The notes: generated by a model from the letters alone, not told the origin. A DNA stretch of 63,765 bases, filler included, from Octopus bimaculoides (GCF_001194135.2; 9 parts of 8 records of this genome joined end to end with filler, not necessarily neighbours in it); one strand, 5' to 3'. Shown: positions 1 to 13,380, counted from the first letter of the whole stretch. Translations and numbers: made by a program.

Positions 1-989
1 GGAGGGGAGGGGAGGGGGAAGAGAGAGAAGAGAGAATAGTGAAAATCTGAGTTTGAAAAGTGTGCAAAATTGTTGTTTATGGTAAGAAAAGCCCTGTTTG
101 TGTGAACACATTGTGTGTGCACAGGTAACCTTGTATGGGGAAGGCAAACATTTCACTCTCTCTCTCTCTCTCTCTTGTTCAAGCTTCAGCTGATGAGTAA
201 ACAGGATATTGCCATAATTAACATAATTAATAATCATTTCCAAGATTGGCACAAGGCCATAAAAAGGGGGTGGGGTGGAGAAGGGTGTAAGTGATTCTAG
301 TCAGGCGGATGAAAATAACTCCTTGATAAGATAAAATAGCTGTTTGACCATCCACTTAATTCACAGACACCCCCTCTTTCTCTCCTTCACCCCTGCCCCC
401 ACCCCTGGAAGGATGAAAGGTAAAGCAGACTCTGGTACGATTTGAACTCAGAAAGCGAAATCAAGGGAAGGAGAAAGTAGTGGGAGGAGGAGGAGCAGGA
501 AGAGTCAACTTTGTATTTGATCTTTCCAGGGGTTGAGAAGTACAAAGCTGTATCTATTTTCAGTAGGGGTTTAAAAAAAAAAAGATGGGGAGTAAATCTA
601 AGTTGATTATTATAAACTAAGTGTACCCTTGATATAGGTAGGCGTGTGTGGGGGGTCCAATATCTATTTTCAGTAAGAGGTGCAAATGGGGGCTGAATCT
701 AAGTTGATAATTAACTGCAGCATGTATCCTTGATTTAAGCAGCATGTTAGCAGGGGACAGGAGGGTTTCAAAAGCCCAACAGCATTGTGAGTGTAACAAT
801 TACCACACGGCTAACACAAAATAAAGGGATATTCAATCAGATTAGAAACAGACGATAAATATCAAAAAGCCTTCACTGTTAGGAATCGGATGCTTATAAG
901 GGATTCAACAATAATTACTTTAATAACTAAGTGTTTAATTAATTAGTTGTAATTGGAATTAAACAAGAGGGATATGATAATAATAATAA

Positions 990-1208
990 CGATCCTTTCT
1001 GCTGGAGGTACAAGGCTTCAAATTTGTGGGGAGGAGACCAGTCAATTACAACGACCCCAGTGTTTTACTGGTACTTAATTTATTCACCCTGAAAGGATGA
1101 AAGGCAAAGTCAACCTTTGTCGGATTTGAACTCAGAACGTACTGACGGGCGAAATACTGCTAAGCATTTTGTCCAGCGTGCTAACGATTCTGCCAGCTCA
1201 CCACCTTT
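990..1208 (-). mobile_element. tRNA-derived SINE, family A
   Basis: Head ggtggtgagctggcagaatcgttagc, B-box gagttcaaatcc, central gcctttcatcctttc..aattaagtaccag, (AAT)n tail. Further copies at ~6010-6290(-), 11466-11590(+), 15757-15965(+), 20607-20812(+), 54975-55080(-). Confidence 0.85.
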
Positions 1209-1516
1209 AATGATAATAATAATAATCATCATCAAAGGCAAGCATTGAAGCGTGATATTGAGTTATGGTCTTTCAACATTTATCAAGGCTTGCTTGAAAT
1301 ATTCCATCTATCACGACATATCAATATTATTCACGTTTTTAGACATTTAAACAACCTCAGTATGGTTACTTGATGTGGCAACATAGCAGCTAAATCTTTT
1401 CCAATAAAAAAGACCCTAAAACATCAAAATTTTAGGGAAGCGTACCCAGAATTAAAACAGCATGGCTACAGCTAGCGTGTATGCATGGATATCTTTCTAT
1501 TTATCTACATTTTGTT

Positions 1517-1573
<57 letters not shown>

Positions 1574-1989
1574 TCACACATACATAAACTTTTACTGGTT
1601 TTGGTCATTGACTTGTGGCCATACTGGAGTACAACCTTCAATGGCTTTCAATCATTTTGACCACAATATTTCGTTTGGTACTTATTGGTCTCTAGTTATA
1701 GAGATCTACAGATAGTTACACCCACTGCCAAGCAATAAAAACGCGGAGGAGACGGGAAGACAAGAAGAAGGAGAGGAAAAGAACAAAGTGTTCAAAGAAA
1801 TGAAAAGGAAAATAAGATATGAATAATAAAAGAAATAATAATAATAATGAAAAAAAAAATAATACAAAGAAGAAAAAGAAGAAGAATGGAAGATAACTGA
1901 ACGTAATCTAGAAAATGATCAGCCAGAAATGGTGTCGACCATGAGTACATATCCAATTAGTGTAGTCTGGTGAGAAATTAGCAACTCAC

Positions 1990-2025
1990 TGTCTGAACTG
2001 GCCTTGAATTCTATGCCACATGTTG
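1990..2025 (-). CDS. Candidate 36-nt micro-exon
   Basis: Very long pyrimidine tract ending ccattctcag|, donor aca|gtgagt. Open as NMWHRIQGQFR (phase 2) or TCGIEFKASSD (phase 1). Confidence 0.35.
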
Positions 2026-2585
2026 CTGAGAATGGAAGAAAAATGGTAAAAAAAAGAAAAAGAGAAAACAATGTCAGGTTATATAAAACTATGCAATCAA
2101 GTTACAAATAAAGTATTGACATCATATCACCAAATATGAAAAATGTAATATAAATGGAAGACAGAGAGTGTGTAAATAAGAGAGAAAAAGAGAGAGAGAG
2201 AGATTTTAAGATCATGTGTGAGCTTTTATGATCGATATTTCATAAAGAGATGAGAGAGAGAGAGAGGTAAGCAGATAGATAGGTGTATATACAAACATAC
2301 ATACATACACATAAAGAGAGAAAGAGAGAGAGAGATACAAGTATATAGACAAATAAACAGGAAAAGATTGAGAACATAAATCAATTTTATACATACATGT
2401 ATATATATATATATATATATNNNNNNNNNNNNNNNNNNNNNNNNNNNNNNNNNNNNNNNNNNNNCTCTCTCTCTCTCTCTCTCTCTCTCATGCAGGCATT
2501 CACTCTCTCTCTCTCTCTCCTCCTCCTCATCTGTTGTTGCTGCTCTACAAAAGAATCATCAAAATGCAAAACACAACTCGGACAG

Positions 2586-2631
2586 TCACAAGTGACTCAG
2601 GTATCCGGCAGCAATCTGTTGATGCATCAGT
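2586..2631 (-). CDS. Candidate terminal exon
   Basis: Acceptor cattattgttttcag|a. Phase-2 reading LMHQQIAAGYLSHL*. No homology recognised. Confidence 0.2.
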
Positions 2632-3268
2632 CTGAAAACAATAATGGAACATCTCATAGCAAAAGCAGCAAAAGAAAAAAACAGAAAGAAAAGAACCCCA
2701 CCCCCCCAAAAAAAACATTGTCTCAGTAAGGAAGGGGATGTTTGGAAGGAGATTGAAAAAAAAAAATGAAACAAAAAATAAAAAGAAAAGCAAATAATGG
2801 TTTGAGAAACCAAATTGTAACAAATGTTTAGTGTTGGATGGAGTCGTTTTTCCCCACTGTTTTTTGTCCTGTTAAAAAGGTGCATTGAGGGAAAATTGAA
2901 CTCCAGTTGATCTTTTCCAGTCTTTGAGACATTTTGGTGTGGTTACTATCGAGTGGGGGCGGTGGGGGTGTGTGGAGCTACCCATTTCTGGAAGTCAATA
3001 CACAAGAGGGAAAGGCATGGTTGGATTCAGCCAAAAGAAACACTTTTCAAAGTTTAAGTGTCCTTTGTTTTGCTTTTTAGATGCTATGTCATAGTTTAAG
3101 AAAAATTTGGCTGCTATTCCTAGTAGGTCGAGAGACCACGTAAAGGTTTCATTTGGGTTGCGTTAATCCTTCTGCTTAACCTTTATTTTTTAACTTTGAT
3201 CTCTTGGATTCCACTAATTCCAAGTTCAAGAGAGCAAAGTTCAAAAGTTAGGATCAATTAAACACTTG

Positions 3269-3464
3269 TCAATGAAACAGTTTTCTGCAATTCAAGCCAT
3301 GAGCTGTTTCTATTTCAAGGTTCCTACTTAGAGTAAAGGGAAAATTGGTAATGGTGGTGCTGGTGACACCCAGAGCCTTAAGAGAGTTAAAACGTTCATC
3401 TTGACTTGCTTGAATTAAATATTTCCAGCAAAAGCTGGAGTTGCTAGAAACAGGAGCCAACTCC
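3269..3464 (-). CDS. Candidate downstream exon
   Basis: Acceptor tttgattttaaag|g gives phase-2 entry, in frame with the 10012 donor. Reads ELAPVSSNSSFCWKYLIQASQDERFNSLKALGVTSTTITNFPFTL... No homology recognised. Confidence 0.25.
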
Positions 3465-3568
3465 CTTTAAAATCAAACTAGGTTGCAGTAAAAAGGACAC
3501 ATTAAAATAATAATGTAATATTAGAAACCCCTTGCTAAAAAGACAGGTTGGTCTCCTTTGATTATTAT

Positions 3569-3599
<31 letters not shown>

Positions 3600-4019
3600 T
3601 GTCTAAAAATCCAAGAGTCAGGAGAAAAAACAATTACTAATATATTAGTTAAAAGTGTGGGAATATTAGTATTATTAATAATAATAATAACAATAAATTA
3701 CAATATTATAGTTTAATAATGATAATAATAATAATCAATTTACCAATTAGTTTCATAGCAGAAGTTGAGAATCAATTATTGGAAATGGCTTGTAATTTGG
3801 CTATTGTGAGACAATAACAGTCTATTTTAATAACAATAATAGTTCTAGTTTTGGCACAAGGCCTTAATAATAATATCAATGATAATAATGATGATGATTA
3901 TGCACAAAATGTTTCAAAAGTTACCAAGGAATTCAACCTAATATATTTCTGTATGCTCATTAGTTGATTTTAATTAGCATTTCAAACCCCAACATTCACA
4001 TTGTCCAGCATCATACCTC

Positions 4020-4730
4020 AATGACTCAACTTTGCAGGTGATTTTGCATTCGTCTGCCAAACCTGGAATCGGCTGCCATTGAAGTCAGTCTTTTAATAAA
4101 TTGCTCAAAGGCAAAGACCCTAATCGCTGGTGTGGTTCACCTTACACTTTCATCATGGTCCATTGAATCAGTTCCTGATTTCTGCTACCTGGGTTCTCAT
4201 TTTCACTCTACCGGCACAGATGTGAACATGTATGAAGCAATAACATGGTCAGTATCCAGCAAGCTGTGGGAAATTTAGAAAGCACCAAAACTGTCATGTG
4301 ACCTAACACTATACATGTTTCGTGCTACAGTAGAATCTGTCCTGCTCTGAATGCTGGTCTCTTACAGTGACCCAACAGCCATCACCAAAGACCACATGCA
4401 CTTGACTTCTGCACAAGGTCTGTAACATCTTTCATGCTAACTACATATGAAATAAGTTGATATATGGATGCTTACTGTCCATCAGCCAGACAACCAAGGA
4501 CAGCTAAGATTTGCAGACCACAGCTCTTGTCACTGTCTTTGTCTTCTATAATCTTGTGGCTTTCGTTCAAGCCCAGTGGTCAGGACCACATGGCATATAT
4601 CTGTGAATATATGTGGGACACAAAAGCGTGCACTGTCTCAGAGTTGGCATCTGCAACGTCATTGTGCACAGCCAGGAGGGAAAGTGGCTCTGAAGTTGGG
4701 GACAACGTCCATGAGTGATGTGGCGTAGAC
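4020..4730 (+). mobile_element. Decayed RTE/RTEX-type LINE, RT 3' portion
   Basis: Frameshifted motifs FAGDFA, LESAAIEVSLLIN, SVPDFCYLGS, FRATVESVLL match the non-LTR RT C-terminal region. Confidence 0.65.
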
Positions 4731-5732
4731 TAAGAAAAAGGGAGACCTTTTATGCATTCTTTCATTTTTGTCTCCCTTGCTTCAGTCATTAGTGGACTAC
4801 AAGCCCAGTTGAAGTGCCATCTTCAGGGAGTTTTAGTCAATCATAACTACTCAAGTAATTACTCCAGTCCCATAATTATGCTATACCATTCCTCCTTCAA
4901 TAAATCAGACAAAATTCTTGAAGGAGCAGCCCAATGACTGAGACTAATTAAGAACTATTTAATATTTTTAATTGACAGCCTAATTCATTAAAACAGAGCA
5001 GAATAATAATTAAAAAAAAAACCTAAAAAAATTATATCAAAATGTAATAATATATAAAAATACAATTTTTTTCAATATAGTCGAAAATATAATATTAGAC
5101 AATACATTTACATACATAGATATGTAGCATCATCATACATACATATATGCATACATACACACACACACACACACACATGATGATGGTGCAAAAGTTATAA
5201 GCAACAAGATTTATATATAATTAGTCCTCATGTAAAGTGATCTGATGAAAAATTTGTCTAAGTGTAGGTGTTGAAGCTCAGAGCAAACGAAAAGCTTAAT
5301 AACAGAAACAGTGTGTAGCAAAATAGCTTGGCAAAAAAATATATATATACATATATATATAAAAAAATAAATAAAAAAAGTCAGGCAGCTGCAATAGAGA
5401 AAGAGTTAAGAACAACAACAACAACAAATGCCAAACTCCAATAAATGTCAATATTTTCATCTGTTTTTCAACATGGATGCATTGCAATTCACTGACTAAG
5501 AAGAAAGAAGAAAGAAGAAAGAAAATAGACATAAAAAGACTCTTGGAAGAGAGGTTGGTGAAGGAATGGTTGTTGAGAATCAAATCAATCCACAAGCGTG
5601 CAACTGATTGGAATGGTTTGTTTTTAGTTGGAGAAGATGAAATACCCTCCATGCTTTGAAATACACACACACACACACACATACATACAAAAGGCATAAC
5701 ATATTGCACAGAAAGATACATACATATGTATG

Positions 5733-5790
<58 letters not shown>

Positions 5791-6158
5791 TGTATATATA
5801 TATATGTGATACTATATAACAACTGTACTTGAGGGCACAACCCATATACTAAGAAGAGCACAGTCACCGTGAGAATATTTAAATATTTTCTAATGGAATC
5901 TCAGTTTTTGGAATTTGGTTTCCTTTCCCTGAAATATTTAATTGCAACTCAAATAACAGCCACAGTTAAAACATCTAACTTGCTGTTCTGGTGCAGGGCC
6001 AACAATGTCGAGAGAGGGGTTACACTGATTACATCGATTCCAGTTTAACACTGGTACTTATTTTATCAACCCCGAAAGGATGAAAAGCAGAGTTGACCTC
6101 GGCAGAATGTAAAGACAGATGAAATGTCACTAAAAATTTTGTCCAGAGTGCTGTCTTC

Positions 6159-6194
<36 letters not shown>

Positions 6195-6910
6195 TTGGTT
6201 TCAAATTTTGGCACAAGGCCACCAATTTCGGTGGCGGGGGTAAGTCGATTACATTGACATGATTCTGCCAGCTTGCTACCATCCTAATGATAATAATAAT
6301 AATAATAATGTTAAAGGGTGTTAGTCAAACAGACTGACCCCAGTGATTATTCTTTCGTTTTTATCTCTCGTACCTATTCTATCAGTCACTCCCTGTACTT
6401 TTTAAAAAGAAATAGGTCTTGGTCAGAATTTCCAGCCACGGGGATTCTGTTGCTTTGCCAATCGCATTGAATTAACATGAAAGTGGTTGAGTGTGTCACA
6501 GGTACATTCACCCTTAACATAAAACTCACACACATCAAAGGAGAAGAAGACGTCTGAAGATGACTGGAAATGAAACAAACTGAACAGAGTGCAGATGTAA
6601 AATATGAAAACAATTTCCATTTCCAAAAGTGATCTTAAAAGACCAAAATATTTGTATTAATAAACAGAAAATGATAAAAGTTGTTGAAAAAAAAAAATTA
6701 TTTTAAATCACCAAAAATTCATCTGGAAATTAAAAAAAATTGTTTAATTATGACTTATCATAAATACAAATTACAAATTTGTTTCCCCCGCCCCTTTTTT
6801 GCAGTTAAAAATTACCTTTAACTGATTATAATAAGGAATAACTAAATAAAAATATTAGTACGTGTAATACAGAAATAATTATTAATTAGTACACTTCAAG
6901 CTATAATAAT

Positions 6911-7087
6911 TATTGTATCTGATGGTATATAAGACACACTTTAAAAAAAACCCAAAAAACTTAAACCAAATCACTCTGGGTCCTATATGTAAAGTTTGAG
7001 TGTTTTAATACACTAAAACTTTTGTTTCCTGAAATTGGTGTGCATCTAATATACCCGTGTGTGTCTTTTGTACCATCAAATATGGTA
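6911..7087. mobile_element. Tc2/pogo-like MITE
   Basis: Imperfect ~29-bp TIRs: tattgtatctgatggtatataagacacac ... gtgtgtcttttgtaccatcaaatatggta, with TA ends. Confidence 0.6.
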
Positions 7088-9009
7088 AAAGTTGAGATTT
7101 GAACAGATATGGAAGAAGGAAGAAGAAAAAAAATAACACAACTAATAAGACAGTTTTATCATTTCTGTCCCCGCCTCAAAAAAAAAAAAAAAATCTGGTA
7201 AAAAGTTCTCCCTTTGGAGATAGGGAGCAGCATTTGGTTAGGGTAACCAAACTTCACTTCAAAACATTTTATTTGAAATATTCCAATGATGATGATGATG
7301 ATGATGATGATTCCAATACATCCAACCAAATAGTCTGAAGAAATTATTTGATTCAAGTGATATATTAGGTGCAAGAATGGCCATGTGATTAAGAGGTGTT
7401 TTTTCTCAACCTTGTGGTTTCAGGTTCTGTCCCAGTTGCTTCTTCTACAAAGTGCTCTGGGCAAACAAAAGCCTTGTGAGTGGATTTGGTAGACGGAAAC
7501 TGAAAGAAGCCCATTGTATGTATGTGTGTGTGCTTATTCGTGTTTCCATGTCTTGACATCACATGATAATTGTAAACGAGTGTCACTGTCACACAAGTGG
7601 TGCCATTTGAATCTCTTAATCTTCTGTGAAGACATGTCTGGCCATGGGGAAATGTTACCTTGGCTTGAAAACAAGCGAGAGTTAGCAACTGCAACAGTAC
7701 CCAGTCATAGAAAAAAAATTGCTTCAATGAATTCTGTCTGACCCATGCAAACATGGAAAAGTGGACATTAAAACGATGATGATGATGATGATGATGAGAG
7801 GGATTGCTTTCATCTCAAAGAAAAGAAATCTAGCAGTTAATTTGTCCATCCTCTGATTTCAAATGTGGTTGCTATCAGATTTTGCAAGGTCTCATCAGAA
7901 CCTTCAGACTTTAATACTTGCAGCAACATTGTCTGTTGGTCTACTCAATTCCTTATCTCTTTCTATCTTTGAAAAGGATCTTGCACTTGAAAATCTAAAG
8001 TAAAACCATCAACATTGTTATTTAACACCCACTTTCCATGCTAAATACTAAATGATGATGATGATGATGGTGACAATGATGTTTTATTGATCACATTATT
8101 TTGGTTTCCAAATCTGTTCAAATTTCAGTCACAATACCTCAAATTTCATCTCCAAATTTTTTTCAAAATACCATCAATATAATTTCTGAAAAGAAAGTAT
8201 TAACATTAAAGGAAAAACAAACAAACAAACAAACAAACAGAAAATGATTTTTTAACACATTCACAAAAAAAAAAAAAAAAAAAAAAAAAAAANNNNNNNN
8301 NNNNNNNNNNNNNNNNNNNNNNNNNNNNNNNNNNNNNNNNNNNNNNNNNNNNNNNNNNNNNNNNNNNNNNNNNNNNNNNNNNNNNNNNNNNNNNNNNNNN
8401 NNNNNNNNNNNNNNNNNNNNNNNNNNNNNNNNNNNNNNNNNNNNNNNNNNNNNNNNNNNNNNNNNNNNNNNNNNNNNNNNNNNNNNNNNNNNNNNNNNNN
8501 NNNNNNNNNNNNNNNNNNNNNNNNNNNNNNNNNNNNNNNNNNNNNNNNNNNNNNNNNNNNNNNNNNNNNNNNNNNNNNNNNNNNNNNNNNNNNNNNNNNN
8601 NNNNNNNNNNNNNNNNNNNNNNNNNNNNNNNNNNNNNNNNNNNNNNNNNNNNNNNNNNNNNNNNNNNNNNNNNNNNNNNNNNNNNNNNNNNNNNNNNNNN
8701 NNNNNNNNNNNNNNNNNNNNNNNNNNNNNNNNNNNNNNNNNNNNNNNNNNNNNNNNNNNNNNNNNNNNNNNNNNNNNNNNNNNNNNNNNNNNNNNNNNNN
8801 NNNNNNNNNNNNNNNNNNNNNNNNNNNNNNNNNNNNNNNNNNNNNNNNNNNNNNNNNNNNNNNNNNNNNNNNNNNNNNNNNNNNNNNNNNNNNNNNNNNN
8901 NNNNNNNNNNNNNNNNNNNNNNNNNNNNNNNNNNNNNNNNNNNNNNNNNNNNNNNNNNNNNNNNNNNNNNNNNNNNNNNNNNNNNNNNNNNNNNNNNNNN
9001 NNNNNNNNN

Positions 9010-9078
<69 letters not shown>

Positions 9079-9965
9079 GTCTGTCTATTAGATACCAATG
9101 CTCTGAAAGCACTGGTCAACCTGAGATTGTGGTAAACACTTGTCCAAGGTGCCACAGAACAGGACCAGTCTCAGAATCCCATCCTAATAAAGTGACTGTG
9201 TATGTAAACTGTCTCTGTTTTAAATTTAATCTTTCTTTTTTTTTTCATTCATCATTAATAATTCATTTAGATTAATGAAATATTTTTATTTCATATTTTC
9301 TACTTAATTTCTTAACGATTGCTATTTGCCAGTGTACTGTGAAGTACACAATTTCAATTCGCTACAGTGTACTCAGCTGAAAATTAGTACCAGCTGGGTG
9401 TTGCTGCAGTTCTCTCTTCCTCCAGCTGTCACATTCTTGATGTTCTGCTGGGCCAAGATTGAGAGGAACCCAAAAAATGTCTATGTCTGCTCATAACTCC
9501 ATAAATACCTAAAACAACTAGCAAATACATGGTATGTATTACCAAGCCATAGTCACAAGTAGCGACTACGGTTTGTTCACACACACACACACACACACAC
9601 ATAATAATAAATAGTAGTTGTCTCTTTAATAAGTATGAAGTGCCAGGCATAAGGCACGAAACGGGCACAATGCCTGCCGGTCGGTCTGCTTGCCTGCCTT
9701 GTTGTACGATACAAATTCTTTGGCCCACAGAGCCTGTTACCCAACCAAACTCAACTCCAGCCCCAATCACAACAGCAATCAGCATCAGCAGTAACAACAA
9801 CAACAGCAACACTAAAAAACATAGTTATTAGTTTGTTTTTTTTTTTAGCTAATTATTACAAAACAAAAAACAAACAAAAGACCAACCAACAAACCAAAAA
9901 CATTAATAATAAAACGATGTTATTAAGTTACACGTTTCCTTCCAACTCAGAAAAACCAAAACCCT

Positions 9966-10431
9966 TCACGGTCGGGCAGGGATGCTTGCTAAAACATGCA
10001 AAATCTTATACCCGCTAGTAATCTTCTTCAGGAATTTCGGCTTCTTCGATTTCTCTTTGTCATCAAAAGAGACTTTCGGCTTTTCCGTGCTCTTCTTCTC
10101 AAAAAGTGAGCTCAAAATTGCTATCTTAGACAGTTTGAATTGTTTCCTGGCCTTTTCGGTTGACGAGGGGGCATCACCACTGTCACAAGGCAGGGGAGTG
10201 GGGATGGTCTCCGGAGGCAGGGGAGCTTTGGAGCCTTTACTATACGGGCCCCCAGCCACTGAGTTTTTCTTGCCACTAGTTTTGCGGTCGAGTGTCATAC
10301 TTATAGTAAGGCTCTTGAAGTAAATGGCGGAGGCGTCGCAGGGTGAGTGTCCGCCCATGTTTTGTGGTAAGCTGTTGCCATTGCCTATCTCTAGGGGGGC
10401 TGTTTTTGTCTTCTTCGCCAGAATTGGTTTG
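9966..10431 (-). CDS. Large coding exon, probably the C-terminal tail of the same kinase gene
   Basis: Pyrimidine tract ttcttttaccttacaccatttttttgaag|c. The first base completes CG|C (Arg) from the 25088 exon, giving SPR|KPILAKKTKTAPLEIGNGNSLPQNMGGHSPCDAS...KKPKFLKKITSG. It either reads to the stop at 9966 or uses donor gg|gtataag at 10012/10011 (420 nt, phase 2-2). K/S/P/E-rich open frame. Confidence 0.7.
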
Positions 10432-11031
10432 CTTCAAAAAAATGGTGTAAGGTAAAAGAATCGAAGCATTAACTTAAAATTAAGAAGAATAAATGAAGAA
10501 ATAAAAAATAAAATAAAACATTAAAGAATATAGAAATAAATAAATAAAATGAAAATAAAATACAAAATAAAACAAAATAATAGCGAGATATCGATTCAAT
10601 GAATACAGAAAAATAAAAATTAAAAAAAAACAAAGAAAATTAAAAAAACAGAAACAATTAACTGATAGCATTAACAACAATAAATAACGAGTTGTTTTAT
10701 TAATGGGAGGAGAAGACGTTACAAGGATAAATTACAGAAAAAGAATGGTGGGAGGATGGGTGGGTGGGTGGTGGTGTTACATGGCACAGAAGATGTGACA
10801 TAGCCACCAACAATAAGAACAGAAAGACAACGATGCCGACCGACCGACGAAGAGAAAAACTCCTTTTACGTTTGTCAAAGCAACCAGCATGGAAAAATAA
10901 CAGTCAGTACGGCAATAACGACAGTGGCTAGGATAACAACAACAACAACAATAGTGACAATAATAATAGCAACAACAACAAATATTAATAAATTACAATA
11001 AGAGAACTACAGCAATCATATATGTGTATGC

Positions 11032-11066
<35 letters not shown>

Positions 11067-11396
11067 ATATACAAACACACATATATGCATGTATATGTGT
11101 AGTAGAGACATACAATGGTACCGTAGTTAAGAGAGAGAGAGGCCTGAGGTGGGGCAGTGGGGCAGGAGAAAACCATAGATTGGATGAAGACAAAGAAATC
11201 TCGTCTGAGATTAATAATTTTAATTCCATACATGTAATTAAAAAAAAAAAAAAAAAAAAAAATTGAAATTTTTAAATATTATTTGGCTGAATATGAATTT
11301 TAAAAATTCTCAAAATAATTGATAATTTTTTTAGAATTTTATTCCGTAGTTATTAACAATTATTGCTGTCATTATTATTATTATTATCATCATCAT

Positions 11397-11438
<42 letters not shown>

Positions 11439-11465
11439 AACTACTACTGCTACTACTACTACTAC

Positions 11466-11655
11466 AGGCGGTGAGCTGGCGGGTGAAATGCTTAGCGATA
11501 TTTCGTCTGCCACTATGTTCTGAGTTCAAATTCCACTGAGGTCAACTTTGCCTTTCATCCTTTCGGGGTCGATAAATTAAGTACCAGTTGAGTAACGCAA
11601 CTGGTACTTAACTTATTCATCCCGAAAGGATGAAAGGCAGAGTCGAACTTGGCAG
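11466..11655 (+). mobile_element. SINE family A copy fused to an inverted partial copy
   Basis: Plus-strand SINE to 11590, then the reverse complement of its central domain at 11598-11642. Confidence 0.85.
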
Positions 11656-12087
11656 GTTACAGGAACCTACCTTGCCAGGCTCTGGTGGCTGGGGCTGAAT
11701 CAAACTATTTTAAATAATAATATATACACATATATATATATATGTATTAATGTACAACAGCAACTGTTGAGTTTAGAGTGCCACATAGAGTATTACTACC
11801 CAGTCTGCTTCCAGTAAATTGGTTTGGTCAGGACTGCACTCAGTTATATTATCATTACTGGTTGTGATATACAGAACAAACTCAGGAGAGATTACGATAA
11901 AGACAAGCTTATCTCATTTGTTTCCAAATGATAAAAAAGGGCATTTATCATAATTCCTCATATATATATATATATATACACAAACACACACACATACATA
12001 TATAAACAAACACACACACATACATATATAAACAAACACACACACATACATATATAAACAAACACACACACACACATATATAAACAA

Positions 12088-12144
<57 letters not shown>

Positions 12145-12250
12145 TACATATACACACACATGCATACCTATACACACACATATATAATTATCACCTATCA
12201 ACAAGTAAGAAAAAAATATTTCACAACAAGCAATGCATGTTAATGCAATG

Positions 12251-12417
12251 TTAAGTTGAAGACTTCATTCTTTGAAGTAGAAGAGGAATTAGATATCCAT
12301 TCTGAATGGAATTTAGAATGGTAGTAGTGATGGTATGGCCATGAGCATGTTGTGGTGTATCCGGCACCACAAGACCTTCGATAGGTGGAGATGTTAACGC
12401 ATCATGTGTGCATATAT
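12251..12417 (-). CDS. Candidate exon (phase-1 entry)
   Basis: Acceptor tttctttttgttccaag|at, then an open 54-codon frame ICTHDALTSPPIEGLVVPDTPQHAHGHTITTTILNSIQNG...* with retained CpGs. Not phase-compatible with the 25088 donor. Confidence 0.25.
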
Positions 12418-13084
12418 CTTGGAACAAAAAGAAATATGATTGAAACTAAGTGCCAAGCGAAGAATTTCAAACCAGCAGATCAAAAGAATTCCGGTAGACA
12501 GGAATCGTGTTCTTTCACGTTTTGGAGATTTATCTATTATTATTAATATTATTATTATTAATGTTTTTCTGGCAGAAGCCCCGAGGAAGATAAATCACAT
12601 TTTATTAAGTTTGTGTTCCATTTTGCTGTCAATAATATGTCTTTTAACTTTGATTCAGTTGTCAGTGAAATTATACAAGGGAAACACATCAAAGCAAAGC
12701 CTTAACAAGAATGACTACAGTGATATATTACAAACTACAAACGTAACAACAAACTGATATTAAAAATCTTCAGCTGAAGTCTCATTTTCTCGCTTTTTTC
12801 TGATCTCTTGCTTAAAATATAAACTCATTTGATAAATAAGCTGATGCCATCTTTTCTCTTCTATTAAAATAGTAAGCTGGCATCTTTACAATAAATATTT
12901 TCAGTGACAGTTGAACCGAACCAAACCAAATTGAGTTGTTACATTGGCTAAGGATAAGGTAGAATAAAGTTTCTTGCTCAAGATCTCAGTGTAATACTGG
13001 TAACAATGTTTTGATCCAGAACCATTCTTGCAAGATGTAGGATGGTTTTTATGAACACTAGATGCCTGCCTTTCATGCCATTAG

Positions 13085-13380
13085 TGAGGTCATGTGGTTA
13101 GAGTATTTGACTCAATTGTGAGTTCAATTCTGGGCAATGTCCTTGAAAAAGACACTTTATTTCACATTGCTCCATTCCATTCAGCTGGCAAACATGAGTT
13201 GTACCTGTAATTCAAAAGGGCCAGCCTAGTCACGCTGAAACTCCCTGAGGACTAGATTAAGGAATATGAGTGTCTGTGGAGTGCTCAGCCCCTTGCACAT
13301 TAATTCCACAGGCTGGCTGTTTCCCTGATTGGATCAACTGGAACCCTGGTAGCCATAACCAACATAATGCCAGTCATGTC
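13085..13380 (+). mobile_element. tRNA-derived SINE, family D
   Basis: gtggttagagtatttgactc...gagttcaattctggg...ccttgaaaaagacactttatttcacattgctcc..actcagctgg. A related copy lies at 60428-60660(+). Confidence 0.7.

Noticed and set aside
180-215. cagCTGATGAgtaaac hammerhead half-core
   Set aside because: No stem II or GAAA partner found nearby.
8163-9155. Long ORFs spanning N runs or microsatellites (also 14.1, 30.1, 35, 51.6, 58.5, 60.6 kb; poly-CV/YI/TH/LS ORFs)
   Set aside because: They are produced by Ns and simple repeats; there is no coding signal.
9982-10323. 113-aa plus-strand ORF
   Set aside because: Antisense shadow of the minus-strand exon, which has the splice signals and protein-like composition.
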